NCBI GenBank assembly: GCA_964482555.1 | Contig: CAYZXY010000001.1 | Span: forward strand, 165,030-229,029 | DNA from: an uncultured Pirellulales bacterium | GTDB lineage: Bacteria > Planctomycetota > Phycisphaerae > Sedimentisphaerales > SM23-30 | Direction: 5' to 3' | DNA: 64,000 nt | Shown: positions 30,748 to 39,707 of the stretch, piece by piece | Layout: each line of letters begins with the position of its first letter | How positions within the stretch are numbered: position 1 is the first letter of the stretch | Program-made: the position numbers and the translations under genes | The notes under the pieces: generated by a model | The model's database searches: none | The model's input: only the letters and a program-made list of their open reading frames with translations | What the model was told of the DNA's origin: nothing

Positions 30748-30849
30748 CCGTAAATGCCTTGATGTATCAATATAATCCGCGAAACAACGCCAGTAACCGC
30801 AAATGGAAAACAGGCTCACAGCGCTAGTGTTATTCATGTAAACTTTTTG

Positions 30850-30953
30850 TATACTCGTTCCGATTGAAAATGCCCGTTTTTTAAAACGTAATTATCTGTG
30901 GATAAAAAGCTTACGCCCGGCCCTGCCGGGAGCTTTCTACCCAATTGGGTATA
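30850..30953 (+). mobile_element. 105-bp repeat family 1, copy F
   Basis: Near-consensus copy between ruvA and the DUF4416 gene. Confidence 0.93.
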
Positions 30954-31010
30954 TGTAACCTTTGCTTGTTAATTTGAAATCTGACCATCGGTCAGCTTGA
31001 GTATTGCTTT

Positions 31011-31571
31011 ATGGGCCGAATCATACCACCTCAACCCGTCAAACTGATCGTCGGCATGTTCTGCCGGGAGCCGAATCTGTTCAAGGTCGCGGAACATTAT
31101 ATGGAGTCTCTCTGGGGGCCGATCGACATTCACAGCAAATTATACCCTTTCGACAAGACACATTACTATGACAAAGAAATGGGGCCGAACCTGGTGCGTA
31201 AATTCATCAGCTTCACTGCATTGATCGACCCGGGCGGCCTCGCTCGCATCAAGCACCAGACGAACGAGCTTGAAGATACTATTGCCGGCTCCGCTGAAGG
31301 CCGGACGTTGAGCGTCCGCCGGCCGATCAACCTCGACTCCGGCTACATCGAACCCAGCAAACTCGTCCTGGCGACCACAAAAAACTTCTCGCACCGCATC
31401 TACATCGGCGACCGCATCTATGCCGAAGTGACGCTGCATTACGCCAATGGCTGGAAGAGCTGGCCTTTTACCTTTCCCGATTACGGGTCGGGAGCGTATA
31501 ATGATTTCCTGGACGCCGCCCGCGAAAAACTGCTGGAACAATTAAAGGGTGCCTCTAATAATTGCTTTTGA
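31011..31571 (+). CDS. DUF4416 family protein
   Basis: FDKTHYYDKEMG, IKHQTNELE, RPINLDSGYI, KNFSHRIYIG, WPFTFPDY; last codons lie inside repeat family 2. Confidence 0.9.
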   Translation: MGRIIPPQPVKLIVGMFCREPNLFKVAEHYMESLWGPIDIHSKLYPFDKTHYYDKEMGPNLVRKFISFTALIDPGGLARIKHQTNELEDTIAGSAEGRTLSVRRPINLDSGYIEPSKLVLATTKNFSHRIYIGDRIYAEVTLHYANGWKSWPFTFPDYGSGAYNDFLDAAREKLLEQLKGASNNCF

Positions 31572-31707
31572 GGCAAAAGCGAAGATTTTTTTCGTCTGAA
31601 AAGAAATGCAAAACCGGGCATATGGGTGACTATTCACGGTTTTTCATGACGAAGGCCAGAGGGAAAAATGATCGCTTGCAGCCCAATATGAATTTTTAGA
31701 GGTGACC
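31547..31707 (+). mobile_element. ~160-bp MITE-like element (family 2), copy 1
   Basis: Imperfect TIR GGGTGCCTCTAA / TTAGAGGTGACC, TAAA on both flanks; body repeated at 45084-45222. Confidence 0.8.
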
Positions 31708-31731
31708 TAAAGTCAGATCAAAAAGGATCAT

Positions 31732-32835
31732 ATCATCGCTGAAACAATCTACATCATTGGCATTGGCATCGCCTCATTCCTTTTCTCACTGCTCGCGACG
31801 CATCTGGTCCGCGACTGGGCGATTCGCCTCGATTTCATCGATAAGCCCGGCGGGCACAAAACCCACGATGCTCCGGTCGCACTGGGCGGCGGCATCGCGA
31901 TTTTCTGGCTCACGATACTGCCGATGGTTCTGGTGTTATTCCTGGCGGCCCTGTTACAAAAATACGGCACGCCGACATTTATCCCCGAGTCCCTCGCCCA
32001 GCATATCCCCGGCCTGCTCTCGCGCAGCCGTATGATCGGCTCACTCGTCGGCGCCGCCGTGGTGCTGCACCTGATCGGACTGTTCGATGACCTGCGGCCG
32101 CTGGGGCCGCGCGTGAAACTGTTGGGCCAGTTTTTCGCGGCGGGATTGATTGCCATCGTGGGGGATATCCGTTTCGACTTCTTCATCCAGAACGACTTCA
32201 TCACCACCGCCCTTTCAATCTTCTGGATGGTCGTCATTATCAACGCCTTCAATTTCCTCGACAACATGGACGGGCTCTCGGCCGGCATCGCCATCATCTG
32301 CGGGGCCATGATTCTCAGCGCGGCGCTGGCCGGCGGACAGATCTTCGTCGGGGCGCAACTCGCGATTTTCATCGGCGTGCTCTGCGGGTTTCTGGTCTTC
32401 AACTTTGCCCCGGCAAAAATCTACATGGGCGACGCCGGATCGCTGCTGATCGGGCTGTACCTGGCCGCCGCCACAATCCGCACAACGTATTATTATGAAA
32501 CGACCGCCAACGGCGCGGGCAACTGGTACAACACGCTTATGCCGCTGATTGTTCTGGCCGTACCGCTTTACGATTTCACAAGCGTGGTCATCATCCGACT
32601 GCTCCAGGGCCGCAGCCCCTTCGTCGGCGACAATCAGCATTTCTCCCATCGGCTCGTCGCCCGCGGTATGAGCCGGCCCCAGGCCGTCCTGACCATCTAC
32701 CTCGCCGCCGCCTGCACCGGCATCGCCGCGACCACGCTGCACTTCCTGCCGCCGCTGGGGGTTCTGCTCGTGTTCGCCCAGACGCTGATGATCCTGGCGA
32801 TCATCGCCATCCTCGAAAGACCAGTTTCAAAGTGA
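31732..32835 (+). CDS. WecA/TagO-like polyprenyl-phosphate GlcNAc-1-phosphate transferase (MraY/GT4 family)
   Basis: IINAFNFLDNMDGL, YMGDAGS, DNQHFSHRL. The frame is open upstream of the track ATG (31924) and encodes the conserved DKPGGHKTH..PVALGGGIAI, so the true start is near 31732. Confidence 0.9.
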   Translation: MIAETIYIIGIGIASFLFSLLATHLVRDWAIRLDFIDKPGGHKTHDAPVALGGGIAIFWLTILPMVLVLFLAALLQKYGTPTFIPESLAQHIPGLLSRSRMIGSLVGAAVVLHLIGLFDDLRPLGPRVKLLGQFFAAGLIAIVGDIRFDFFIQNDFITTALSIFWMVVIINAFNFLDNMDGLSAGIAIICGAMILSAALAGGQIFVGAQLAIFIGVLCGFLVFNFAPAKIYMGDAGSLLIGLYLAAATIRTTYYYETTANGAGNWYNTLMPLIVLAVPLYDFTSVVIIRLLQGRSPFVGDNQHFSHRLVARGMSRPQAVLTIYLAAACTGIAATTLHFLPPLGVLLVFAQTLMILAIIAILERPVSK

Positions 32836-32849
32836 ATGAATGAACGAAT

Positions 32850-33539
32850 TTACCACTGCACGTTAAGCAGTTCGTTCAGGCGTGTGATGCGCAGGGGTGT
32901 GACCGGACCGCCATTGAGGAGGGAGGATGGCGGCGTAATCCAGACGGGACGCATGCCGATCGCATGGGAACCGATAACGTCGCAGTCGTAATTATCGCCG
33001 ACATAGGCGCATTGTTCCGGGGGCAGATGCATTTCATCCAGGGCGGCCTGGAAAATCCTGGCGTCCGGCTTGCGCGAACCGACCACAGCCGAGTCGATCA
33101 TCGTCTCGAAATAGCCGTCGAGTTTGAAATCCCGGCACCAGCCCGCGACATTGCCCCAGTTATTGCTGACGCAGCCGAGTCGGTAATGCCGGCTCAGGCT
33201 GTCGATGGTTTCGATATTCGCTTCGAGAATCGGCAGAGCCTCCGCGATAAACTCATCCGCCACCTCCGCGTCCAGCCACATGGCCAGTTCCGCGGCATCG
33301 GCCGCCATGTGACGTTGAATATGCTCACAAAGCCGCCGGACAGTGCCCTCCATGCTCAGAGCAGGCGTGTCGGGCAGTTCGGCGATGCCGTCGGCGGATA
33401 AACGAATGTATTTTTCGAACACAGCCTCATCGATCGGGCCCACCTTCTTTTCGATGGATAGACGAAAGCGTTTGAACCAGTCGATGCCGTGGCTGTCCAG
33501 TGTGCCGCCAAAATCAAAAATAATCGCTTGGATGCTCAT
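32850..33539 (-). CDS. HAD-superfamily hydrolase
   Basis: IIFDFGGTLD, CVSNN, RKPDARIF, YVGDNYDCDVIG. Confidence 0.93.
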   Translation of the reverse strand: MSIQAIIFDFGGTLDSHGIDWFKRFRLSIEKKVGPIDEAVFEKYIRLSADGIAELPDTPALSMEGTVRRLCEHIQRHMAADAAELAMWLDAEVADEFIAEALPILEANIETIDSLSRHYRLGCVSNNWGNVAGWCRDFKLDGYFETMIDSAVVGSRKPDARIFQAALDEMHLPPEQCAYVGDNYDCDVIGSHAIGMRPVWITPPSSLLNGGPVTPLRITRLNELLNVQW

Positions 33540-33729
33540 AATGTTATTATGTTTATAAATATCTGTTAATGTTAAAGTTAGTAATACAATGATCCTTGAA
33601 AACTCCCCGTCTGCTGATTGCAGTTTTACTTATGCAGAGTTTTCGCCATTAAAATCATATATGGGAATTTTACGCCGCGTGTTAAATAAATGTTTACTTC
33701 TGGTAAAAAAATAAAAAAAACGGCGATTT

Positions 33730-33834
33730 CATACTCGTTCTGATGGAAAATCCCCGTTTTGTCCAAACGTAAATATTTGCGGGTAAAACCTTTAAGATTG
33801 GCCCTGGCGGGAATTCTCATACCCTTTGTGTATA
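33730..33834 (+). mobile_element. 105-bp repeat family 1, copy G
   Basis: CATACTCGTTCTGATGGAAAATCCCCG...GGAATTCTCATACCCTTTGTGTATA; shares subfamily variants with copy C. Confidence 0.87.
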
Positions 33835-33837
33835 TAA

Positions 33838-34695
33838 TCAAGTGCGGGCGTACTGATCGAATTTTTTCAGCAGCTCCCGGGTTATCGGACCAGGAACGCC
33901 CTTGCCGATCTTGCGGCCGTCGATTTCGACGATACCAATCACTTCCGCAGCGGTACCGGTGAGGAAAATCTCTTGCGAAACGTATAAATCGTAACGGGTG
34001 AGATTTTCACGGACAACTTCGTAACCTGATTCCTGAGCAAGTTTTATGACAACTTTCTGGGTGATGCCCTCCAGAGATCCGGCCGAAATCGGCGGCGTGA
34101 TGATCCTGCCACCCCGCACGGCAAAGACATTGTCCCCCGTCGCCTCGGCAACATAGCCCATGTGATTATACATGATAGCTTCGAGCATATCATGATCGAG
34201 CGCTTCCAGCTTCGCGATAATATTGTTCAGATAATTCAGGCTTTTAATCTGGGGACTCAGGGCCAGCGGATGGTTACGGATCGTATTAGCGCTGATGACT
34301 CTCAGACCGCTCTCATATAATTCCAGCGGATATAATTGAATCGAAGATGCGATAATGATAATCTGGCTTTTTTTGCAGACCAGCGGATTGAGCCCCAGCG
34401 TCCCTACGCCGCGAGTAACGATCAGCCGGATATAGCCGTTTTCCACATTGTTAGCCTTGACCGTCGCTTCGACATTGGCCATAAGCGTCGACTTATCCTG
34501 CCACATCGGCAGGCGAAGGCAGATTGCGGAATGGAATAAGCGGTCAATATGGGCTTCATGCTCGAAGATTTTGCCGGAATAGACACGAATGCCTTCAAAA
34601 ACACCATCACCATACAGCAGACCATGATCGAAAACAGATATTTTAGCCTCGTTTTCATCCACCAGTTTGTCGTTGAGCCAGATTTTTAAGCCCAT
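33838..34695 (-). CDS. ilvE: Branched-chain amino acid aminotransferase (class IV)
   Basis: DHGLLYGDGVFEGIR, YIRLIVTRG, QIKSLNY, EATGDN, LEGIT. Confidence 0.95.
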   Translation of the reverse strand: MGLKIWLNDKLVDENEAKISVFDHGLLYGDGVFEGIRVYSGKIFEHEAHIDRLFHSAICLRLPMWQDKSTLMANVEATVKANNVENGYIRLIVTRGVGTLGLNPLVCKKSQIIIIASSIQLYPLELYESGLRVISANTIRNHPLALSPQIKSLNYLNNIIAKLEALDHDMLEAIMYNHMGYVAEATGDNVFAVRGGRIITPPISAGSLEGITQKVVIKLAQESGYEVVRENLTRYDLYVSQEIFLTGTAAEVIGIVEIDGRKIGKGVPGPITRELLKKFDQYART

Positions 34696-34754
34696 ATTTC
34701 ACCTGTCCAATGTCTTATGAATTCGTTAAGATCGTCCCCTTAACGTTTCAGGGA

Positions 34755-34859
34755 TTTACTCGTTCCGATTGATAATTCCCGTTTTATCGGAACATGGTTA
34801 TTTACAGATATTAAGTTTTCGCCCGGCCCTGCCAAGAGCTTCCTGCCCAATCGGGTATA
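34755..34859 (+). mobile_element. 105-bp repeat family 1, copy H
   Basis: TTTACTCGTTCCGATTG...GCCCAATCGGGTATA. Confidence 0.87.
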
Positions 34860-34963
34860 GTCATAGATCGCTCCTGAACGGTGGTCGGGAAAATGCCGGT
34901 ATTACTACTTTTATAGTATAATTTATAAGCAAAACCGGCACGCTTGCTCGGAATCCGGGTATT

Positions 34964-35668
34964 TTACCGGATCTGGCCGTCCTGTAAAACCAATTTTCTA
35001 TGAGCCTTATCGGCAATATTCGGATCGTGGGTTACCATAATGATGGTTTGACCGTTCTGGTTGAGCTGGTGAAAGACCTCGAGGATTTCGTTGCCCGTAG
35101 CGGAATCGAGGTTGCCCGTCGGCTCGTCCGCCAGGAGCAGCCGGGGCTGATGGACCAGTGCGCGGGCGATGGCGGCGCGTTGACGCTGACCGCCGGAGAG
35201 GGTGGTGGGTTTCTGGCGGGCCTGGGCGGTGATGCCGACCGCGGCCATGATCTCGTCGGTTTTATTTTTGGCCTCCCGGCGGCGCGGCCACCAGTTCCAG
35301 AAGCTGCTGCCGATCATCAGCGGCAGCATGACATTTTCCCGAACGTTTAATTCCGGCAGCAAATGGTAAAACTGGAAAACAAAACCGAATTCCCGATTGC
35401 GGATTTTGTCCTGACCGGCGGCGGAAAGCTCATGCAGATTCAGACTGTCGAAGATGACCTGTCCCCGGTCGGGTTTGTCAAGCAGACCCAGGATGTGCAG
35501 CAAGGTGCTTTTACCCGAGCCGCTGGCACCCATAATGGCGACGAATTCGCCGGCGGCAACTTCGAGATCAACGCCGCGCAGAACCTGCTGTTCAGCGGCA
35601 CCGATGCGATAGGTTTTGTCGAGGCCGCCAGCCTTGAGAATGATGTTGTTCTGGTTTGTGGTAATAAT
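34964..35668 (-). CDS. ABC transporter ATP-binding protein (LolD/MacB-like)
   Basis: GASGSGKS, LSGGQRQR, LLADEPTGNLD. The frame extends 45 codons above the track ATG (35533) and encodes ILKAGGLDKTY..QVLRGVDLEVAAGEFVAI; start presumed at ATT 35668/35665. Confidence 0.9.
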   Translation of the reverse strand: MITTNQNNIILKAGGLDKTYRIGAAEQQVLRGVDLEVAAGEFVAIMGASGSGKSTLLHILGLLDKPDRGQVIFDSLNLHELSAAGQDKIRNREFGFVFQFYHLLPELNVRENVMLPLMIGSSFWNWWPRRREAKNKTDEIMAAVGITAQARQKPTTLSGGQRQRAAIARALVHQPRLLLADEPTGNLDSATGNEILEVFHQLNQNGQTIIMVTHDPNIADKAHRKLVLQDGQIR

Positions 35669-35836
35669 TCGTCTCTTATTTACAATGTTATGAGCAAATC
35701 GGCAGCATTATCAGAATGACATATTAAAACGAATCATAAAAAACAACAATGAAAATTTAAAATGTATTTGGAGTGGCAGACCGCAATCAGATTAACTACC
35801 ACGACACCAGGCCACTGAGTCAATCACATAGATTTT

Positions 35837-35941
35837 CATATTCGTTCCGATTGAAAATGCCCGTTTTGTCGGAACGTCATTATCTGCGGATAAAAAGCTT
35901 ACGCCCGGCCCCGCCAGGATGTTTCTCACCAATGGGGTATG
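35837..35941 (+). mobile_element. 105-bp repeat family 1, copy I
   Basis: CATATTCGTTCCGATTGAAAATGCCCGTTTTGTCGGAACG...AATGGGGTATG. Confidence 0.9.
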
Positions 35942-36057
35942 GTTTACAAAAGGGTATGATTCAGGCACTCTACATCGAAGGAGTTTTCAAAGGTAAAGAG
36001 GTGTCAGGTTTCGATTTTTCGAGGTGTAAACCTGTCCCGCGGGAGCCGCAAAAATCG

Positions 36058-37776
36058 TCACTCTCTCGGCGAGCGCAGGATATGGATAATGATGAACAGA
36101 CTGAAGATCAGGGCGATGAAGAAGCTGATGCCGCCAAAAAGGGGGAAACCGACGATTTTGGGGCCGATACCCGCATGAGACAACAGGGCGGAGGCGATCG
36201 TAAGAGCCCCAACGACCATGCCGAGAACAATTTTATCAGCCATGCGGTCGAGGCGGTTGACGGGCTTATCCAGGCCGATGTGCTCAAATTCCAGCTTGAG
36301 CCGGCCGTCGCGGATATTACGGAGAATTTCGATCAGATGGTCGGGGGTTTCGCGTGTGAGCTGTGCCCAGTCTTCGGCAAATCGCTGAGATTTATCGAGC
36401 AGGTCACGCGGCGTAAATTGCCGGGTCACCAGTTTATGCACAAACGGCCGGAGATGGGCGAGCATGTCGAAATCAGGATCGAGCTTGTTGCCGGAGTTTT
36501 CGATGGTGCCCAGGGCCTTAAGCAGAAAGAGAAAATCATGCCGGACACCGATACGATAGTAAGAGACCAGCCGAATAATATCGTTGAGCATACGCTGTAC
36601 GTCGATCTGCTTGAGCGGAATGCCGTAATACTGTTCGATAAGGTCGAGACAGGCAACGCGGATTTCCGAGAGATTGGCTTCGCGCGGCAGCACATCCAGA
36701 TCGCGGGCGGCCTTCATGATTCGGTCGATATCCTTGCGAACAATGGCATGAAGAACGCGGCCGAGAATTTCCAGCGAATAGCGGTCGAGCCGGCCGAACA
36801 TGCCGAAATCGAGAAAGCATATCACGTTGCCGTCCATGACGAAGGCGTTGCCGGGATGAGGATCGGCCTGAAAAAAGCCGTGTTCGAACATCTGCGAAAG
36901 CACGATGTTGGCGCCGTTGCGGGCCAGGGTGCGACGCGTTTCCAGATCGACATCCTCATGAAAAAATTCCTGCAGGCGGCGCCCTTCGATATATTCCATG
37001 ACCAGAATATTCCTGCGCGTGCAATCCCAGAAAATACGCGGGACATAAACCGACTCATCGTCCGCGAAATTGGAGCGGAAAATATCGGCGTTCCGGCCTT
37101 CGTGCTGCATATCGAGTTCGTGGTTAACCGAGCTTTTTATCTGATCGAGCAGACGGGGCAGGTCCCAGTGACGGGCCTCATCGATATGGTCATCGATCCA
37201 GTGGGCCAGAAAACTCAGAACGTTAAAATCGTCACGGAAAGTTTCGTGCGTACCCGGTCGAATGATCTTGACGGCCACCTCTTCACCGCTTTTCAGGCGG
37301 GCTTTGTAAACCTGCGCGATTGAAGCGCTGGCGATCGGATGGGGGTTGAATTCGGCGAAATTCTTTTCGAAATAATCGCCGACAACGTGCCGGAGTTTTT
37401 GCTGCATGGCATCCCAGGGCGTGGGCGCGACGGCATCCTGCAGGTGCGAAAGTTCGGCCACGATATCAGGAGGCAGAATGTCCGGGCGGGTGGACATCAC
37501 CTGGCCGAGCTTGATGAAAAAAGGACCGAGCTGTTCGAGCATTTCCCGAAATCGCACCGCTCGCGATTTGTGCTGATGCTTCTCCGAGCGCAGAGTGGAC
37601 TCGCGCAGCCGCAGCAGTCGAAAAAGACGCAACTGTCCGATCAATTCATCAAACCCGTAACGCGCGGCAGCACTGATTATCTGCTGCGCCCGTCTCAGGT
37701 TGCGATAGTTTCTGAATGGATTGAACATAAAAAAAAGGTAAAGCGTTAATGAGTTAATGTCGAAAAAACGCATCAA
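36058..37776 (-). CDS. UbiB/AarF/ABC1-family atypical kinase
   Basis: LGPFFIKLGQ, PIASASIAQVY, VAVKI, FFQADPHPGN, DFGM; C-terminal TMs. Confidence 0.95.
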   Translation of the reverse strand: MMRFFDINSLTLYLFFMFNPFRNYRNLRRAQQIISAAARYGFDELIGQLRLFRLLRLRESTLRSEKHQHKSRAVRFREMLEQLGPFFIKLGQVMSTRPDILPPDIVAELSHLQDAVAPTPWDAMQQKLRHVVGDYFEKNFAEFNPHPIASASIAQVYKARLKSGEEVAVKIIRPGTHETFRDDFNVLSFLAHWIDDHIDEARHWDLPRLLDQIKSSVNHELDMQHEGRNADIFRSNFADDESVYVPRIFWDCTRRNILVMEYIEGRRLQEFFHEDVDLETRRTLARNGANIVLSQMFEHGFFQADPHPGNAFVMDGNVICFLDFGMFGRLDRYSLEILGRVLHAIVRKDIDRIMKAARDLDVLPREANLSEIRVACLDLIEQYYGIPLKQIDVQRMLNDIIRLVSYYRIGVRHDFLFLLKALGTIENSGNKLDPDFDMLAHLRPFVHKLVTRQFTPRDLLDKSQRFAEDWAQLTRETPDHLIEILRNIRDGRLKLEFEHIGLDKPVNRLDRMADKIVLGMVVGALTIASALLSHAGIGPKIVGFPLFGGISFFIALIFSLFIIIHILRSPRE

Positions 37777-37812
37777 CGCTTTAACGCATCAACATATCAA
37801 CGCATAAAATTT

Positions 37813-38124
37813 CTACCCTTCCCCATTTTCTTTACTGCACGACGCTTCGAGTTTGTCAAGCCGGGCCTTGATCTCCTCGATGTCTTTTTTGGTGACCGGA
37901 TTAATGGATTCCATCACCTTACTGACTTCTTCATTGACCATATTGCGAAACTCGGCGGACTGCTCTTTGGCATTGCTGACCATATCGTCCACGATGCGTT
38001 TGCCCTCCTCAGCTGATACCTGTCCCTTTTTTTCCATCTCCGAAACAATATTTCGAGCCTTCTCTTCGGTCATAGCCGCAAAACCTATTCCGGTGTACAT
38101 CATCTTGTGCAATAATTCAAACAT
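37813..38124 (-). CDS. Phasin-like small coiled-coil protein
   Basis: MMYTGIGFAAMTEEKA..EMEKKGQVSAEEGK..DIEEIKARLDKLE; usual partner of ABC1 kinases. Confidence 0.8.
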   Translation of the reverse strand: MFELLHKMMYTGIGFAAMTEEKARNIVSEMEKKGQVSAEEGKRIVDDMVSNAKEQSAEFRNMVNEEVSKVMESINPVTKKDIEEIKARLDKLEASCSKENGEG

Positions 38125-38253
38125 GAGTCGCTCCTTTCACATCACGCATTAAAAGAAAGAAACCTGATTAACATCCACGCCCATTCGTTATACGCAAATA
38201 TTCCTGAAAAGTATAGTCCTTATTTCTAATTCATTTCGCAAAAGCCGCGAGAA

Positions 38254-39165
38254 CTATTTATTTATGTCGCCCATGTGCAACAACGGCAGCGGCATGGCGC
38301 TTTCGCCGTTCATAAAGTACATCTTGGCCGCCGGATCTTTAGAAATCGCCTGCAGCGATTCCAGGGCTTTTAACTGAATATAGGCCTGATTGTTCGAAAT
38401 GGCCTCGTTAATTTTCTCAATTTCGTAAGCCTGGGCATCAGCGAGCAGCTTCTTTTTTTCCGCTTCCTGTTCGGCGGCTTTACGCTCGGCTTCCGCCTGG
38501 ACCAGTTTCTGTTCCTGTTCGGTTTTGAAACGTTCGAGTTCCGCCTTCTGCTTCTCAACCTCCTGCTCGCGTTCCTTTTTCTGTTCAATGGCCCGGGTAA
38601 TAAACTGGGGCAGCCGGATATCACGTAACAGAACCTCCTGAACGAGAATGCCTTTGGGAGCCATGGAATCCTTCAGTTCGAGGGCCAGGTTATTCTGCAT
38701 GGTCATCTGTGTCTCCTCCTTGAAGAAATCCTCCGCCCGCACGATCGACTTGCCCTGTTCGCGAAGAGCGCTGCGGAACTTGGGGATCAGGTGCACCTGA
38801 ATCATTTCCTCGGTCGTTCCGGTCTCCTGAAGAATGACAGAGGCCATTTCCTTATTCACCCGATACTGCACCGATACTTCCAGCATTGTCGTAAGCTGGT
38901 CCTGACTGGGCACGCCGGCCGTCTCCTTGATGGTTTTCTGGCGGGCGTCATACAGGGTCCACTGGTAAAGCGGATTGACCGGGAAATGCAACCCTTCTTC
39001 ATAAGGCTTATCATTAACCTTGCCGAAAATCGTCGCTACAGCGACATGACCGGCCGGAACAGTCTTAAAACATTGCGTCAAAAAAATGACGACGATAAAA
39101 GCCAGGATTCCCACGCCGACGAGGATAACCTGCGATCTTTTAATGACGTAATTCTGATTGTTCAT
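38254..39165 (-). CDS. SPFH/prohibitin (band 7) family protein
   Basis: N-terminal TM, VPAGHVAV..FGKV..EGLHF, coiled-coil AIEQKKEREQE; AAGGAG RBS. Confidence 0.93.
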   Translation of the reverse strand: MNNQNYVIKRSQVILVGVGILAFIVVIFLTQCFKTVPAGHVAVATIFGKVNDKPYEEGLHFPVNPLYQWTLYDARQKTIKETAGVPSQDQLTTMLEVSVQYRVNKEMASVILQETGTTEEMIQVHLIPKFRSALREQGKSIVRAEDFFKEETQMTMQNNLALELKDSMAPKGILVQEVLLRDIRLPQFITRAIEQKKEREQEVEKQKAELERFKTEQEQKLVQAEAERKAAEQEAEKKKLLADAQAYEIEKINEAISNNQAYIQLKALESLQAISKDPAAKMYFMNGESAMPLPLLHMGDINK

Positions 39166-39252
39166 CTGAATCTCCTTAATTGTACGAGTCAATTATATAT
39201 GTTTGCTGATCAATAACAAACGGCTAATTTTCTGACAGTAAATCATCGCTTT

Positions 39253-39359
39253 TATAATCGTTCCGATGGAAATGCCCCGTTTTTGTCGGAACGTAATTAT
39301 GTGCGGATAAAAAGCTTACACCCGGCCCTGCCCGGGGGCTTGCTGCCCGATTGCGTATA
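39253..39359 (+). mobile_element. 105-bp repeat family 1, copy J
   Basis: TATAATCGTTCCGATGG...CCCGATTGCGTATA. Confidence 0.88.
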
Positions 39360-39489
39360 TTATTACATTACAGCACGACGGGCTATGTCTAGAACTTAGT
39401 GCATTATAAATCATCATTACCTGCCTGAAAAGGAATAAACTTTGATTTCGGCGTTTTTCCGACCGGCCGGAATGACCGACAGAGTACTC

Positions 39490-39544
39490 GTTACTCGTTC
39501 CGCTTGAAAATAACCGCTTGTTCAAACTCTACCCGATTAGTATA
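39490..39544 (+). mobile_element. Family-1 internally deleted copy J2 (~55 bp)
   Basis: Left end TACTCGTTCCGCTTGAAAATAACCG joined to right end TCTACCCGATTAGTATA; middle hairpin missing. Confidence 0.7.
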
Positions 39545-39546
39545 AT
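39518..39546 (+). promoter_or_regulatory. Putative sigma70-type promoter formed by copy J2, facing the ClC gene
   Basis: TTGTTC-N17-TATAAT, about 160 nt upstream of ATG 39708. Confidence 0.45.
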
Positions 39547-39707
39547 CCATTATTTTGCCGGTCTCTGACTGACATAGCCGCGAGGCAGCCGGGCACCGTC
39601 TTCATTTTGAAGGAGAGTCGGCTGCTGCTACACTGAAAAACCACAAATGCAGATTAAAATCTGTTTATATACACACTCAATAACAGCGATTAACAGGAAC
39701 TTAACGA

